Shown here: positions 9,153 to 18,323 of the stretch, piece after piece | How the letters are laid out: each line of letters starts with the position of its first letter | Position numbering within the stretch: the stretch's first letter is position 1 | Assembly (NCBI GenBank): GCA_050633305.1 | Contig: JBOEGF010000002.1 | Coordinates: forward strand, 32,001 to 96,000 | From: Nannocystales bacterium | Lineage (GTDB): Bacteria > Myxococcota_A > Polyangia > Nannocystales > Nannocystaceae | Direction of reading: 5' to 3' | Length of the DNA: 64,000 nt | Program-made: the position numbers and the translations under genes | The notes under the pieces: generated by a model | What the model was told of the DNA's origin: nothing | Databases searched by the model: none | The model's input: the letters and a program-made list of their open reading frames with translations, nothing else

Positions 9153-10856
9153 ATGCCGCTACGCATAGGACTTGCTCTACTCGCCCTTTGTCTCACAGCT
9201 TGCGAAGACACAACGGCCGGTCGGGGAGCCACCGGAATCGGGACCTCGGGCGCCTCAGCCTCCGGTGGAACCGACGAACCTACGGGCGCCAGCATCTCGG
9301 CCAGCGCCAGCGCCAGCGATTCGAACAGCGCCACAACCACCGATTCCACGACAGACGAACCGAGCGACTCAACAACAGACGACGGCACCGCGGGGGACAC
9401 CGACGAGCCGACCGGCGGCGATGAGTCCTCCAGCTCGGGCGGCAGGTGTGGGGACGCTGTCGCACCGCAGCTCGTATCGATGACTCGGGTGCTGTTTCCA
9501 AGGAGCCCCGACAGCATCGAGTACGATCTGATGTTCGACCAGGAAGTCACCATTGCAATGGGCGGGCTCTCCGTGGACGGCGGAGCCTCGATCGCAGGGC
9601 CCATGCTCCCCGCAACTGGCGAGACGATCACCGTTGCGATCGAGGACGCTTTCGGCCCCGGCCCGTTTACGTTGACCGTCGACGCAGCTTCGGTCGGTGA
9701 CCCCACCTGCGGCATGACGCTGGCCGATGATGCGCTGATCCAACTCTCCGCGGACTGCGCTGAGAACACACCTCCCAACTCGACCACGGCGGCGTTCCAC
9801 CAGTTGGCGAGCGGGACCGCAACGGACACCTACGAGGTGACGTTCGACGAGCCGGTCACCCTCCAGGCAGGCGCGATCACGGTATCCGGTGGCGGCGCAA
9901 CGATCGACACCATCTCGCCCGCACTCCCAGCCACGTCGGACTCGTTCACCGTGGATGTCTCGAACCTTGGCGTCTTCGACCAGTTGGCGGTTGAGGGCGC
10001 CCTCGCGGTTGACGGCTGCGGGGCGAGCCTCGCGGAAGACCTCGAGCTGTGGATCTGCACCGAAACCTCGGTCTCCTTCGGCTACACCGGGGGCCCCGAA
10101 ACATTCGACGTGCCAGGATGCACAAGCGGCGTGGTCTCGATCGTCGCCCACGGTGCGGAGGGAGAATCTGTCGCGACAGGCGGCATCGCCGGGCGCGGCG
10201 GCGAAGCAGCCGGAGATCTCACCGTCACAACCGGCGACGTCCTCGAGATCTGGGTCGGCGGCCAAGATGGGTTCAACGGCGGGGGCAGCCCAGGCACCGG
10301 AGCTCCGGTCGCGTCCGGGGTCGGTGGCGGTGCGTCGGATGTCCGCGTGGGCGGCAGCACGCTGGCCGAACGCGTGCTCGTGGCGGGCGGAGGCGGAGGC
10401 GGAGCAGCCCCTCCGCAAGGCAGCTGCAACACCGGGATCTCGGGGGTCGGAGGCGGCGGCGGAGGCACGGATGGCAACAACGGCGGCGTGGGCACGGGCT
10501 GCACCTCCGTCGCTGTCGCGAGCGGTGGCGGAAGCCAGGCCGCGGGCGGAGCCGGAGGTTCGTCCGGGGGCAACTGCAGCACATCTCCCGAACCCGCCGG
10601 CGCTGGCTCGTTCGGGCTCGGAGGCAACGGATCAGCGGGCGTCGAGGGATGTTCCGGGTTCACCGGCGGCGGCGGAGGTGGTGGCGGCGGCGGCTACTAC
10701 GGCGGCGGCGGCGGTGCTGGCGGTCCTGGAGGCGGCGGTGGGTCTTGGGCCGGCTCAGGTGGGGCCGGAGGCTCGTCGTACACCGATGGCGTCTCGGGCG
10801 GAACAACGACCCCGGCGGTGCAAACTGGCGACGGCGACGTGACCATCTCCTGGTAG
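9153..10856 (+). CDS. Lipoprotein: S/T/D stalk, two Ig-like repeats, glycine-rich C-terminal domain
   Basis: Lipobox LTAC; repeated YDLMFDQEV / YEVTFDEPV; FGYTGGPETFDVP...GGGASDVR...VLVAGGGGG. Confidence 0.85.
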   Translation: MPLRIGLALLALCLTACEDTTAGRGATGIGTSGASASGGTDEPTGASISASASASDSNSATTTDSTTDEPSDSTTDDGTAGDTDEPTGGDESSSSGGRCGDAVAPQLVSMTRVLFPRSPDSIEYDLMFDQEVTIAMGGLSVDGGASIAGPMLPATGETITVAIEDAFGPGPFTLTVDAASVGDPTCGMTLADDALIQLSADCAENTPPNSTTAAFHQLASGTATDTYEVTFDEPVTLQAGAITVSGGGATIDTISPALPATSDSFTVDVSNLGVFDQLAVEGALAVDGCGASLAEDLELWICTETSVSFGYTGGPETFDVPGCTSGVVSIVAHGAEGESVATGGIAGRGGEAAGDLTVTTGDVLEIWVGGQDGFNGGGSPGTGAPVASGVGGGASDVRVGGSTLAERVLVAGGGGGGAAPPQGSCNTGISGVGGGGGGTDGNNGGVGTGCTSVAVASGGGSQAAGGAGGSSGGNCSTSPEPAGAGSFGLGGNGSAGVEGCSGFTGGGGGGGGGGYYGGGGGAGGPGGGGGSWAGSGGAGGSSYTDGVSGGTTTPAVQTGDGDVTISW

Positions 10857-11067
10857 CCACGTCCTCAATCGGTACACCCGGATTTCGCTCGCTCCGCCTT
10901 CTCGGGGCGCGGCGATGGGATGCCGTTGGGTAGCGCAGAACTGAGTTCAAGGCCCAACGAATGAGACGAGCGCTCGAAAATGGCGTATCCGAAATACGAG
11001 ATACTCGTCGCCCACAGATCACGCCAGAGACCACGAGTGGCAGCGACCCCGTGTTAGCGTTGTCACC

Positions 11068-12375
11068 GTGCCGACGGGAGCTCTCAGTGATGCCCACTTG
11101 CTCGCCTTCGCACGCCGCCTGCAGACGATCGATACCTTCGATGAGCTCGTCGCGGAGCTGGGCCGCGAGATCCGATCCGCGCTGAGCTACGACACCAGTT
11201 GGCTGACCATCTACGATGACGATGGCCGCTACCTCCGGCTGATGATGATCCAGGGCGACAACGCCGCTGCGGTCTGGCAGTCGGCAGCGGTGATCCCGGT
11301 CGAGGGCGACGCGTATCTCGAGCGGATCCGAGACGCGTTCACCGTGCAGGTGATCGAGGACGCCCAGCTCTCGTCCGAGGTCAATCGAGAGATCGTCGAA
11401 GCGCTGGGCAACCGAACGATCATCAACCACCCGTTGCGGCTCATCGACCGCGCCGTCGGCACGATCGGTACGGGGACGTTTGGCGACGAAGGCGTCCGAC
11501 TTCCGACTCCCGAAGAGCTTGCCTACCTCGAAAACATGGGCCAGCAACTCGTGATGGCCTCCGCTCGCTTGCTCCTCGACAAACAACGCGAGGACGCGGC
11601 AGCCGAACGTGCAGAGTTCCAGCGCAAGCTCGCCCAGCGGCAACGGCTGGAAAGCCTCGGTCGGCTGTCGGCCGAAGTGGCGCACGAGTTCAGCAACTTG
11701 CTGACCATCATCTTGAGCAGCGCCTCTCTGCTGCAGGAAGCGCAAGACACGGCGACCGACAAGCCCCATCGGGCCGAGGACCTGCAGAACATCCTCGACG
11801 CGGGGAACGCCGCCTCGGCGCTCACGAGCAAGCTTCTGGCAATGGGCAAGGAGCAACCGCTGAAGCTCGACGAGCTCGACGTGAAGACGGTCCTCAGCAA
11901 GACCGCGGAGTCGTTCCGACAGTTGATTCCAACAGAGGTGACGCTGGAGTACGTCCCCTCTGCGGGGCCTTTGCCGGTCATCGGCGACGAAGGGCAGATC
12001 CAGCGCTTGCTCCTCAACCTCTTGCTCAACGCTCGCGACGCCGTCGAAGACGGAACCCCTCGTATCGAACTGCGCGGCGAGGCGATCGAGCTGGACCAGG
12101 CAACCGCGTCCGAACACCCGGGCACGCAACCGGGCCCCTACGTGCGAGTGGTCGTCCAGGACTGGGGCGCAGGCATCTCGCCCGGCGTGCTAGACCGCAT
12201 CTTCGAGCCGTTCTTCACGACCAAACACCAAGACAAGGGCTCTGGGCTGGGCCTCGCAATCTGCCGCGGCGTTGTCGAACAGCACGGGGGATTCGTGCAC
12301 GCGCAGTCCTCCCTTGGAAGCGGGTCCAGCTTCGAGGTCTACATCCCAAGCCGAAGTGCGACTGCGACGGGCTGA
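11068..12375 (+). CDS. GAF-domain sensor histidine kinase (no receiver)
   Basis: H-box VAHEFSNLL, N-box NLLLNARDA, DWGAGI, FEPFFTTK, GSGLGL. Confidence 0.92.
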   Translation: MPTGALSDAHLLAFARRLQTIDTFDELVAELGREIRSALSYDTSWLTIYDDDGRYLRLMMIQGDNAAAVWQSAAVIPVEGDAYLERIRDAFTVQVIEDAQLSSEVNREIVEALGNRTIINHPLRLIDRAVGTIGTGTFGDEGVRLPTPEELAYLENMGQQLVMASARLLLDKQREDAAAERAEFQRKLAQRQRLESLGRLSAEVAHEFSNLLTIILSSASLLQEAQDTATDKPHRAEDLQNILDAGNAASALTSKLLAMGKEQPLKLDELDVKTVLSKTAESFRQLIPTEVTLEYVPSAGPLPVIGDEGQIQRLLLNLLLNARDAVEDGTPRIELRGEAIELDQATASEHPGTQPGPYVRVVVQDWGAGISPGVLDRIFEPFFTTKHQDKGSGLGLAICRGVVEQHGGFVHAQSSLGSGSSFEVYIPSRSATATG

Positions 12376-12378
12376 GAT

Positions 12379-13266
12379 TCAGTACACCGCGCCGTGCACG
12401 ACCAACCGCATGCGCTTCACCCCCAGCGACCCGCTCCCGCCGGTCGTATCCAGCCGAACCGCCTGGACGCCGCCGCCGGGCTCGAACGCATACCCGAGGT
12501 CGAGACCGGTCGCGTGCATGCTCCAGTCGTGTGCCATGGTGGCCGAATTCCCGATCCCGGTCAGTGGATTGTAGGCATCGAACTGCACGGAGGCCGATGT
12601 GGAGACACTGCGCCCCTCCACGCATACGGTCGCGTAGTCGTAGCCGATCAGCTCTTCGAATCCGAGCATTAGCTGCAGCTGGCCCGAACCTCCCACAACC
12701 GCGACGACACCGATGGGGTCGTTGGAGACGTTGATGTTCTGGTAGAGGTCCCAAACCTCTGGCCAGCTCGCGTTGGATGATGCCCACTGCGACTCCCCCC
12801 AACCCGGGGTCTCGGAGTAGCTCCATGAAGGCGAGGTCGCTGTGCCGCCGGCCTGGTTGTACTCGATCTCGATCCACGGCCCGTCGAGCGGGAACCCGCA
12901 GGCGTCATCCCCCACCGCCACGCCGCCGGTCTCGTCCCCCGATTCGCCAGCGCCTGTGGAGGACGACCCGCTCTCCCCCTCGCCACTGTCGGCGCCGCCA
13001 GTCGGGCTCGTGTCGCTGGAGGACTCGTCTCCGCTGAGACCAGAGCTCGCTGCGGGTGCACCGGTGGTCCCACCGGACTCGGCCCCAGCAGAACCATCAC
13101 CGGGCCCGGACCCCTCAGTCGCGGTGCCTGTATCCGGGCCCGAACCGGTGGACGCGCCGTTCGTCGCGACGCCGCTGCCCCCGGACCCGAAGTCCGCGCC
13201 ATCGGGAACGCCCTCGTTGCACCCGAAGCTGAGTACCAAAGCTGCCGACAAGACCGCGCCACGCAT
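12379..13266 (-). CDS. Lipoprotein with G/S/T stalk and beta-rich C-terminal domain
   Basis: MRGAVLSAALVLSFGC lipobox; low-complexity linker. Confidence 0.8.
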   Translation of the reverse strand: MRGAVLSAALVLSFGCNEGVPDGADFGSGGSGVATNGASTGSGPDTGTATEGSGPGDGSAGAESGGTTGAPAASSGLSGDESSSDTSPTGGADSGEGESGSSSTGAGESGDETGGVAVGDDACGFPLDGPWIEIEYNQAGGTATSPSWSYSETPGWGESQWASSNASWPEVWDLYQNINVSNDPIGVVAVVGGSGQLQLMLGFEELIGYDYATVCVEGRSVSTSASVQFDAYNPLTGIGNSATMAHDWSMHATGLDLGYAFEPGGGVQAVRLDTTGGSGSLGVKRMRLVVHGAVY

Positions 13267-13321
13267 CGTCACCCAGGACGGCCCGATCTCTGCGCAGTTG
13301 CAGCCCCGGGCGGAGAACGGG

Positions 13322-13981
13322 TCAGGTTTTGCGCAATTCGCCCTCGGCAAGCGCAGCACCCCAGTCTGCCGGGACCTCGGGCGACTTCAACCGGCCCTTG
13401 AGATACAGCAACCGCGCCGTGATCAACTCGAACGTCTCGGTGAGCGGACGCACCGCATCGGACCCTTCGAGAATCTCCACGAGACGAACCATGGCCTCGA
13501 ACGTGGAGACACCGCGCGGGTCGTGCTGGGTTCGAACCCGCCAGATGCTTGGCTTCCCGGGGGGGAGCTTGACGCACGGCAAGTCGCGAACGTGGGGGAC
13601 CCGACGAGCCATGCGCGAGCACTGGTGCCACGTGCCATCGAGCACCACAAACCCTCTGCGCTTGCCTTCTGGGGGTTCGGGTAGCGCGTCGATCGGCGTC
13701 GCGTCATCCCGGAGGAACAGGTTGTAGTACTCGATGTCCGGGTCCTCGAGCGGTGACGCGTCAAACGGCGGGTCCTTCATCCCGAACGGAAGGATCGGCA
13801 CGCTCGGCACCATCTTGGTGAAGAGCCGCGCGGTGTTGGTTGGCTTGGTCCGCTCGCGGATCTGCTGGACGACGGCCAGCGGCGTCTGCAGCTGCACGGT
13901 GGGCATCAACGCGCACGCGCAGGTCTCGGGCTTGAGACCGCAGCCATAGCAGCGCGGCTTCTTTCGGTTGCGTTGGACCAT
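13322..13981 (-). CDS. DTW domain protein (tRNA acp3U aminocarboxypropyltransferase, TapT-like)
   Basis: CYGC...CAC, KPTNTARL, LDGTW, STFEA motifs. Confidence 0.9.
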   Translation of the reverse strand: MVQRNRKKPRCYGCGLKPETCACALMPTVQLQTPLAVVQQIRERTKPTNTARLFTKMVPSVPILPFGMKDPPFDASPLEDPDIEYYNLFLRDDATPIDALPEPPEGKRRGFVVLDGTWHQCSRMARRVPHVRDLPCVKLPPGKPSIWRVRTQHDPRGVSTFEAMVRLVEILEGSDAVRPLTETFELITARLLYLKGRLKSPEVPADWGAALAEGELRKT

Positions 13982-14095
13982 GGCAGGCGCGGCAGCTTAG
14001 CGCACCGCAGCGCGTGCGCTCCCCGTCAGCATCGTTCGTCGACGCACGCCGTGGTACTCCGGAGTCTCCCGAAACCTTGGGCCGCCGCGGGCAGG

Positions 14096-15490
14096 ATGCT
14101 CTTCACTTCCTACACGTTCCTGTTTCTGTTCCTGCCGTTGGTGGTGCTGGCGCATCATTTCGCCCCCACGCGGCTGCGCAACCCGGTCCTGCTGCTCGCC
14201 AGCTACGTCTTCTACGCCTGGTGGCGCGTCGATTTCGCACTGCTGCTCGTAGCCTCGGCCGTCATCGACTACACGTGCGGACGCAGAATCCACACGGCCC
14301 CAGACCCAGCGGGCAAGCGTCGCTTCCTGCTCCTGTCCGTCGTCACCAACCTCTCGTTGCTGGGCTACTTCAAGTACGCCAACTGGGGCGTCGACAACCT
14401 CAACGGGCTCCTCGAGTTGCTCGGTGGCTCCGCGATCCCCTGGGCTGAAGTCGTGCTGCCCGTGGGGATCTCGTTCTTCACGTTCCAGACGATGTCGTAC
14501 TCGATCGACGTCTACCGCGGAGACGCGGAGCCGGCCTCGAGCCTTCTGGACTTCTCCACGTACGTCGCCATGTTTCCGCAACTGGTTGCGGGGCCCATCG
14601 TCCGCTACCGCAGCGTGGCCGCCGAGCTGGCAGAGCGCCAGCGAGACCCAGCGTTGTTCACCCGCGGAACGCTGATGTTCATGGTCGGGTTCTCCAAGAA
14701 GATCCTGCTGGCCAACAACTGTGGGCTGGTGGCAGACGCGGTGTTCGACCCGGGGCCGACCGGATTCGTCGCCGCTTGGATCGGCCTGGCCGCGTACACG
14801 TTCCAGATCTACTTCGACTTCTCGGGGTACTCCGACATGGCGATCGGACTGGGCAACATGTTCGGGTTCCACTATCCGCGCAACTTCGACTCGCCGTATC
14901 GCGCACAGAGCATCACCGACTTCTGGCGGAGGTGGCACATCACACTCACCACGTGGATCCGCGACTACCTCTACATTCCGCTGGGGGGAAACCGAGACGG
15001 AAAGCGGAAGACCTACCGCAACCTCGCGGCCGCGATGGTCCTGTGCGGGCTGTGGCACGGCGCGAGCTGGACCTTCGCGCTGTGGGGGGCGTATCACGCG
15101 GCGTTGTTGATCTCCGAGCGCGTCAGAGGACGTGAGCCGATCTACGCCGCATTGCCTGGGCCTGTGCGCGTTGCCTGCACGATGGTTCTGGTGATGCTGG
15201 GCTGGCTCATCTTTCGCAGCGAGACGCTCGAGGGCTTCTCGGCGTATGCGTGGACCCTGGCCGACCCGCGCACGGCGGACCTGAGTTCGTTCGGGTACCA
15301 GCTCGTACAACCGCTGACCTACGTGGTGCTGGGCACCTGCGCGCTGATCACCTACTTGGGCACCGAATCCGTCGCGATGGTCTCGGCCGCCCGGCCCCGA
15401 ACCTATGCCCTCTTCTTCCTCCTGTTTGGGTGGTCCACGGTGGAACTGCTCAGCCAGGAGTACAACCCCTTCCTCTACTTCCAGTTCTAA
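14096..15490 (+). CDS. algI: MBOAT O-acyltransferase, AlgI-like
   Basis: MLFTSYTFLFLFLP, LPVGISFFTFQ, FDFSGYSDMAIG, FWRRWHITL, GLWHGA. Confidence 0.92.
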   Translation: MLFTSYTFLFLFLPLVVLAHHFAPTRLRNPVLLLASYVFYAWWRVDFALLLVASAVIDYTCGRRIHTAPDPAGKRRFLLLSVVTNLSLLGYFKYANWGVDNLNGLLELLGGSAIPWAEVVLPVGISFFTFQTMSYSIDVYRGDAEPASSLLDFSTYVAMFPQLVAGPIVRYRSVAAELAERQRDPALFTRGTLMFMVGFSKKILLANNCGLVADAVFDPGPTGFVAAWIGLAAYTFQIYFDFSGYSDMAIGLGNMFGFHYPRNFDSPYRAQSITDFWRRWHITLTTWIRDYLYIPLGGNRDGKRKTYRNLAAAMVLCGLWHGASWTFALWGAYHAALLISERVRGREPIYAALPGPVRVACTMVLVMLGWLIFRSETLEGFSAYAWTLADPRTADLSSFGYQLVQPLTYVVLGTCALITYLGTESVAMVSAARPRTYALFFLLFGWSTVELLSQEYNPFLYFQF

Positions 15491-15501
15491 CGGTAGTTCT
15501 G

Positions 15502-16614
15502 ATGGCTCGCTTCGAATACGGGATCACGATCGGTTTTTGGGCGTTGCTTGCAACGCCGCTGGTGCTCGACGTGGCGGCATTCGACACGGAGCTGTCGTTG
15601 CCCGGTATGCGCCCGACGACGGAGGTTCCCGCGATCGAACCCGATGACTGGCTCGACGGAGTCGCGACGGCCCGGGGAGAGCAACTCATGGTCGGCGGGT
15701 CGGTCATCGCTCGCTGGGTCGTGCCGCACTACAACGCGGCTTGGTATCGGTGGACCGGTCGCACCGCCCCCGCAGCGCGGGTCGACGACGACGGCTGGAT
15801 CTTCATCTCCAGCCGGGCGCGACCGCTTCCTCCTCACCGCTACGACGAACTCCTCGACACTGTCCCCGCGATGGTTCGTGCCCAGGTGGACGCGATCGAG
15901 GCACGAGGCCCTCGCGTCGTGATCGCAGTCGTACCCGAGCGCGCCCGGCTTCATCCCGAGCACGCCTACCCCCAGGGCTTGATCCCGCCGGGCAAGGAGG
16001 CCTACCTCTCGCGCCTGGTCGATGCGATGCGTGAGCAGGGACTGACCGTGGTGGAGCTCGAGCCCGCCCTTCGCAGACTCCAGCGCAGTGGTGGCGAGCC
16101 CTTCTACCGGGCCGACCACCACTGGACGTCTCGCGGGGCGCAGAGTTCCGCCGATGAACTCGCACATCAGCTGCGAGCCGCTGGCGACGTCCCCAAGGGC
16201 TGCGACCGACCCGGTCATGAGCCCTTCGAGGTCAGCTGGTTCGAGCAGCCCGAGGTCACCTCGTTGGTCAGCAAACTCGGCTTTCCCAACAAGGGAGAAC
16301 TCGAGCGCAGCTGGGACCGATCCTACGAGCGCGCTCGGTTCACCGGGCCCGACCCCACCAACCCGAGGCGAGCGCCCATCGTGTACACCACCACCAGCTA
16401 CGGTCGATGGGGGTCGCCCCAGATGCTGTCGAACGCACTCGCGTGCCCCGTCGTCGTGGCCCTGCGCAACGGCAACTCGATGACCAACGCAGCATCGCTG
16501 CAAGGCCGAATCGAGCGCGCGGCAGACATCGAGCACACCGAGTTGGTCGTGTGGGAGCTGCTCGAGTACGATCTCTACTCGGCCGCGGGCGTGCCGCTGG
16601 GTCAGGACGGCTGA
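15502..16614 (+). CDS. AlgJ/AlgX-like SGNH O-acetyltransferase
   Basis: N-terminal TM; DHHWTSRGA and TTSY motifs; 11 bp after algI-like gene. Confidence 0.82.
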   Translation: MARFEYGITIGFWALLATPLVLDVAAFDTELSLPGMRPTTEVPAIEPDDWLDGVATARGEQLMVGGSVIARWVVPHYNAAWYRWTGRTAPAARVDDDGWIFISSRARPLPPHRYDELLDTVPAMVRAQVDAIEARGPRVVIAVVPERARLHPEHAYPQGLIPPGKEAYLSRLVDAMREQGLTVVELEPALRRLQRSGGEPFYRADHHWTSRGAQSSADELAHQLRAAGDVPKGCDRPGHEPFEVSWFEQPEVTSLVSKLGFPNKGELERSWDRSYERARFTGPDPTNPRRAPIVYTTTSYGRWGSPQMLSNALACPVVVALRNGNSMTNAASLQGRIERAADIEHTELVVWELLEYDLYSAAGVPLGQDG

Positions 16615-16617
16615 GGC

Positions 16618-16947
16618 TCAGTCGTCGTCATCCGGGCCCATGCGTTCCCGGAACTGCTGCAGCGACCGATCGTTGGGGTCGGGCTCGGTCACCTCTGTGG
16701 AAACAACTTCCGCCGACTCGAAGGCCTCGAGCAGGGCTCGGGCCGTGGCCAGGTCCGAGGGGTGCACCATCGCCCGAACCTCGAGCGCAGGACCCCGAGC
16801 GTGACCTTCGATGCTGCGATCTGCGATCCGCTTCATCACCACTTCGATGCGCTCGGACTCCAGCAGGCTCTGTACAGTCATCGCCGTGGCCTGGTCGTAG
16901 CAGGTCTGCAAGAGGACGAACGTGTCGGTCTGGGATGAGGTCGTCAT
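16618..16947 (-). CDS. DUF2007 domain protein
   Basis: A..VQSLLESERI...MVHPSDLATARALL pattern. Confidence 0.7.
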   Translation of the reverse strand: MTTSSQTDTFVLLQTCYDQATAMTVQSLLESERIEVVMKRIADRSIEGHARGPALEVRAMVHPSDLATARALLEAFESAEVVSTEVTEPDPNDRSLQQFRERMGPDDDD

Positions 16948-16955
16948 GTCGGTGG

Positions 16956-18254
16956 CTACCGAAGGTCGGCGAACGCTTCGAGGATCGGCTCGCGAAGCTC
17001 GGGCGGGAAGATGAGCCGATAGTGGACGAAGGTCTCGTTGCTCAACCCACGCAACACGGGCGAGACATCGAGGAGACGCTGGAGACGACCCCCGGTCAGA
17101 GCCATCATGCGCGAGTCCTCGTAGTAGGCCGCGATCTCGACGCGGTCGACTGAGGCCAGATAGTCCGGGCCGTCGTGATGCGCATCCAAGACCTCGCGAA
17201 GCCGCGCCATCGCCTGCGGCACGGGCACGTCGTGCCGCAGGCGCAAGGTCTTGAACAGACGGCGGTATCGCAGGCGCTGCGCGAGTCCAGCGAGGACCTC
17301 GTCGCTGCTCTCGCAGTACAGCTTGAGCGCGGTCTCAAACCCGTGGTCGTCGAGGTCGAGGAACTCGCCCATGGTGGGCTGCTCACCCCGCAGCAGTGTC
17401 GCCATGCCGGGGGGAGTTCCTGGCTGCGGTCCCAGTTCGTCCAGCCGGCGAAACAACGCGCGCATCACCGACTCTGCGGCGCGGACCGCCTTGTGCAAAT
17501 AGACCTGCCGATACATGTACAACCGGCCGAGGAAGAAGCCCTCGACCGCAGTCAGTCCCTTCTCCCCATCAACCGCCATCCGAGCCCGCTCCTCACCGGG
17601 CGCGACCATGAGTCGCATCGACTGGAGGAGCCAGTCGAGGTCGAGCACGCCATAGCGAACCCCGGTCATGTGGGAGTCTCGAAGCAGGTAGTCGCAACGG
17701 TCGACGTCGAAGGTTCCCGAGACCGCGCGAGACAGGTGCGGGATGTCGCCTTCCCCGTGGACGAGGCGCTCGACGCGATTCGGAGCTTCCGGGTCGATGC
17801 GCCGCAGTACGGCGTTGACCTCGCTGTCCGGATCGAGGATGAGCCGTGACGTCCAGTCTTCGTGCTTGAACGGGTGGGGCAGCACCGCTTCGAACGCGTG
17901 CGAGTAGGGACCGTGGCCAAGGTCGTGAAGGAGCGCTGCAGCCAGCGCCACCTGGGCGGTGTCTTCGTCGATGCGATCGGCCGCGGGCAGATCCTCGGAC
18001 AGGGCATACACCCGGTCGAGATAGCGCTTCATGACATGCGCCGAGCCCACGGCGTGGGCGAAACGGCTGTGCTCGGCCCCGGGAAAGGCGAGGGACGCGG
18101 GCCCCAAGCACCGAACTCTCCGTAGGCGTTGCACCTCACGCGTATCCAGCAGCTGGCTGACGATCGACTCAGCGGGCCCCTCGAACGAGATCAGGCCATG
18201 CACGGGGTCGCGGAGAATCACGCCGGGAGGGTGACCCGGTTTCCCATCTGACAC
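16956..18254 (-). CDS. HD-domain phosphohydrolase (YwfO/SAMHD1-like putative dNTPase)
   Basis: RDPVHG, QRLRRV, HSRFAHAVG, LLHDLGHGPYSH, DVDRCDY, YRQVYLH; start uncertain (18254 or 18221). Confidence 0.9.
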   Translation of the reverse strand: MSDGKPGHPPGVILRDPVHGLISFEGPAESIVSQLLDTREVQRLRRVRCLGPASLAFPGAEHSRFAHAVGSAHVMKRYLDRVYALSEDLPAADRIDEDTAQVALAAALLHDLGHGPYSHAFEAVLPHPFKHEDWTSRLILDPDSEVNAVLRRIDPEAPNRVERLVHGEGDIPHLSRAVSGTFDVDRCDYLLRDSHMTGVRYGVLDLDWLLQSMRLMVAPGEERARMAVDGEKGLTAVEGFFLGRLYMYRQVYLHKAVRAAESVMRALFRRLDELGPQPGTPPGMATLLRGEQPTMGEFLDLDDHGFETALKLYCESSDEVLAGLAQRLRYRRLFKTLRLRHDVPVPQAMARLREVLDAHHDGPDYLASVDRVEIAAYYEDSRMMALTGGRLQRLLDVSPVLRGLSNETFVHYRLIFPPELREPILEAFADLR

Positions 18255-18323
18255 CACCCCAGTCCCGATTTGGCCGTGGCGGCCAACACCACAGTGGTAT
18301 CGTCGCCCTCGGGGCGGGCCCCC

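Noticed and set aside
16956..18254. HD dNTPase as an anti-phage system
   Set aside because: Sits among housekeeping-like genes with ordinary codon usage and no defence partners
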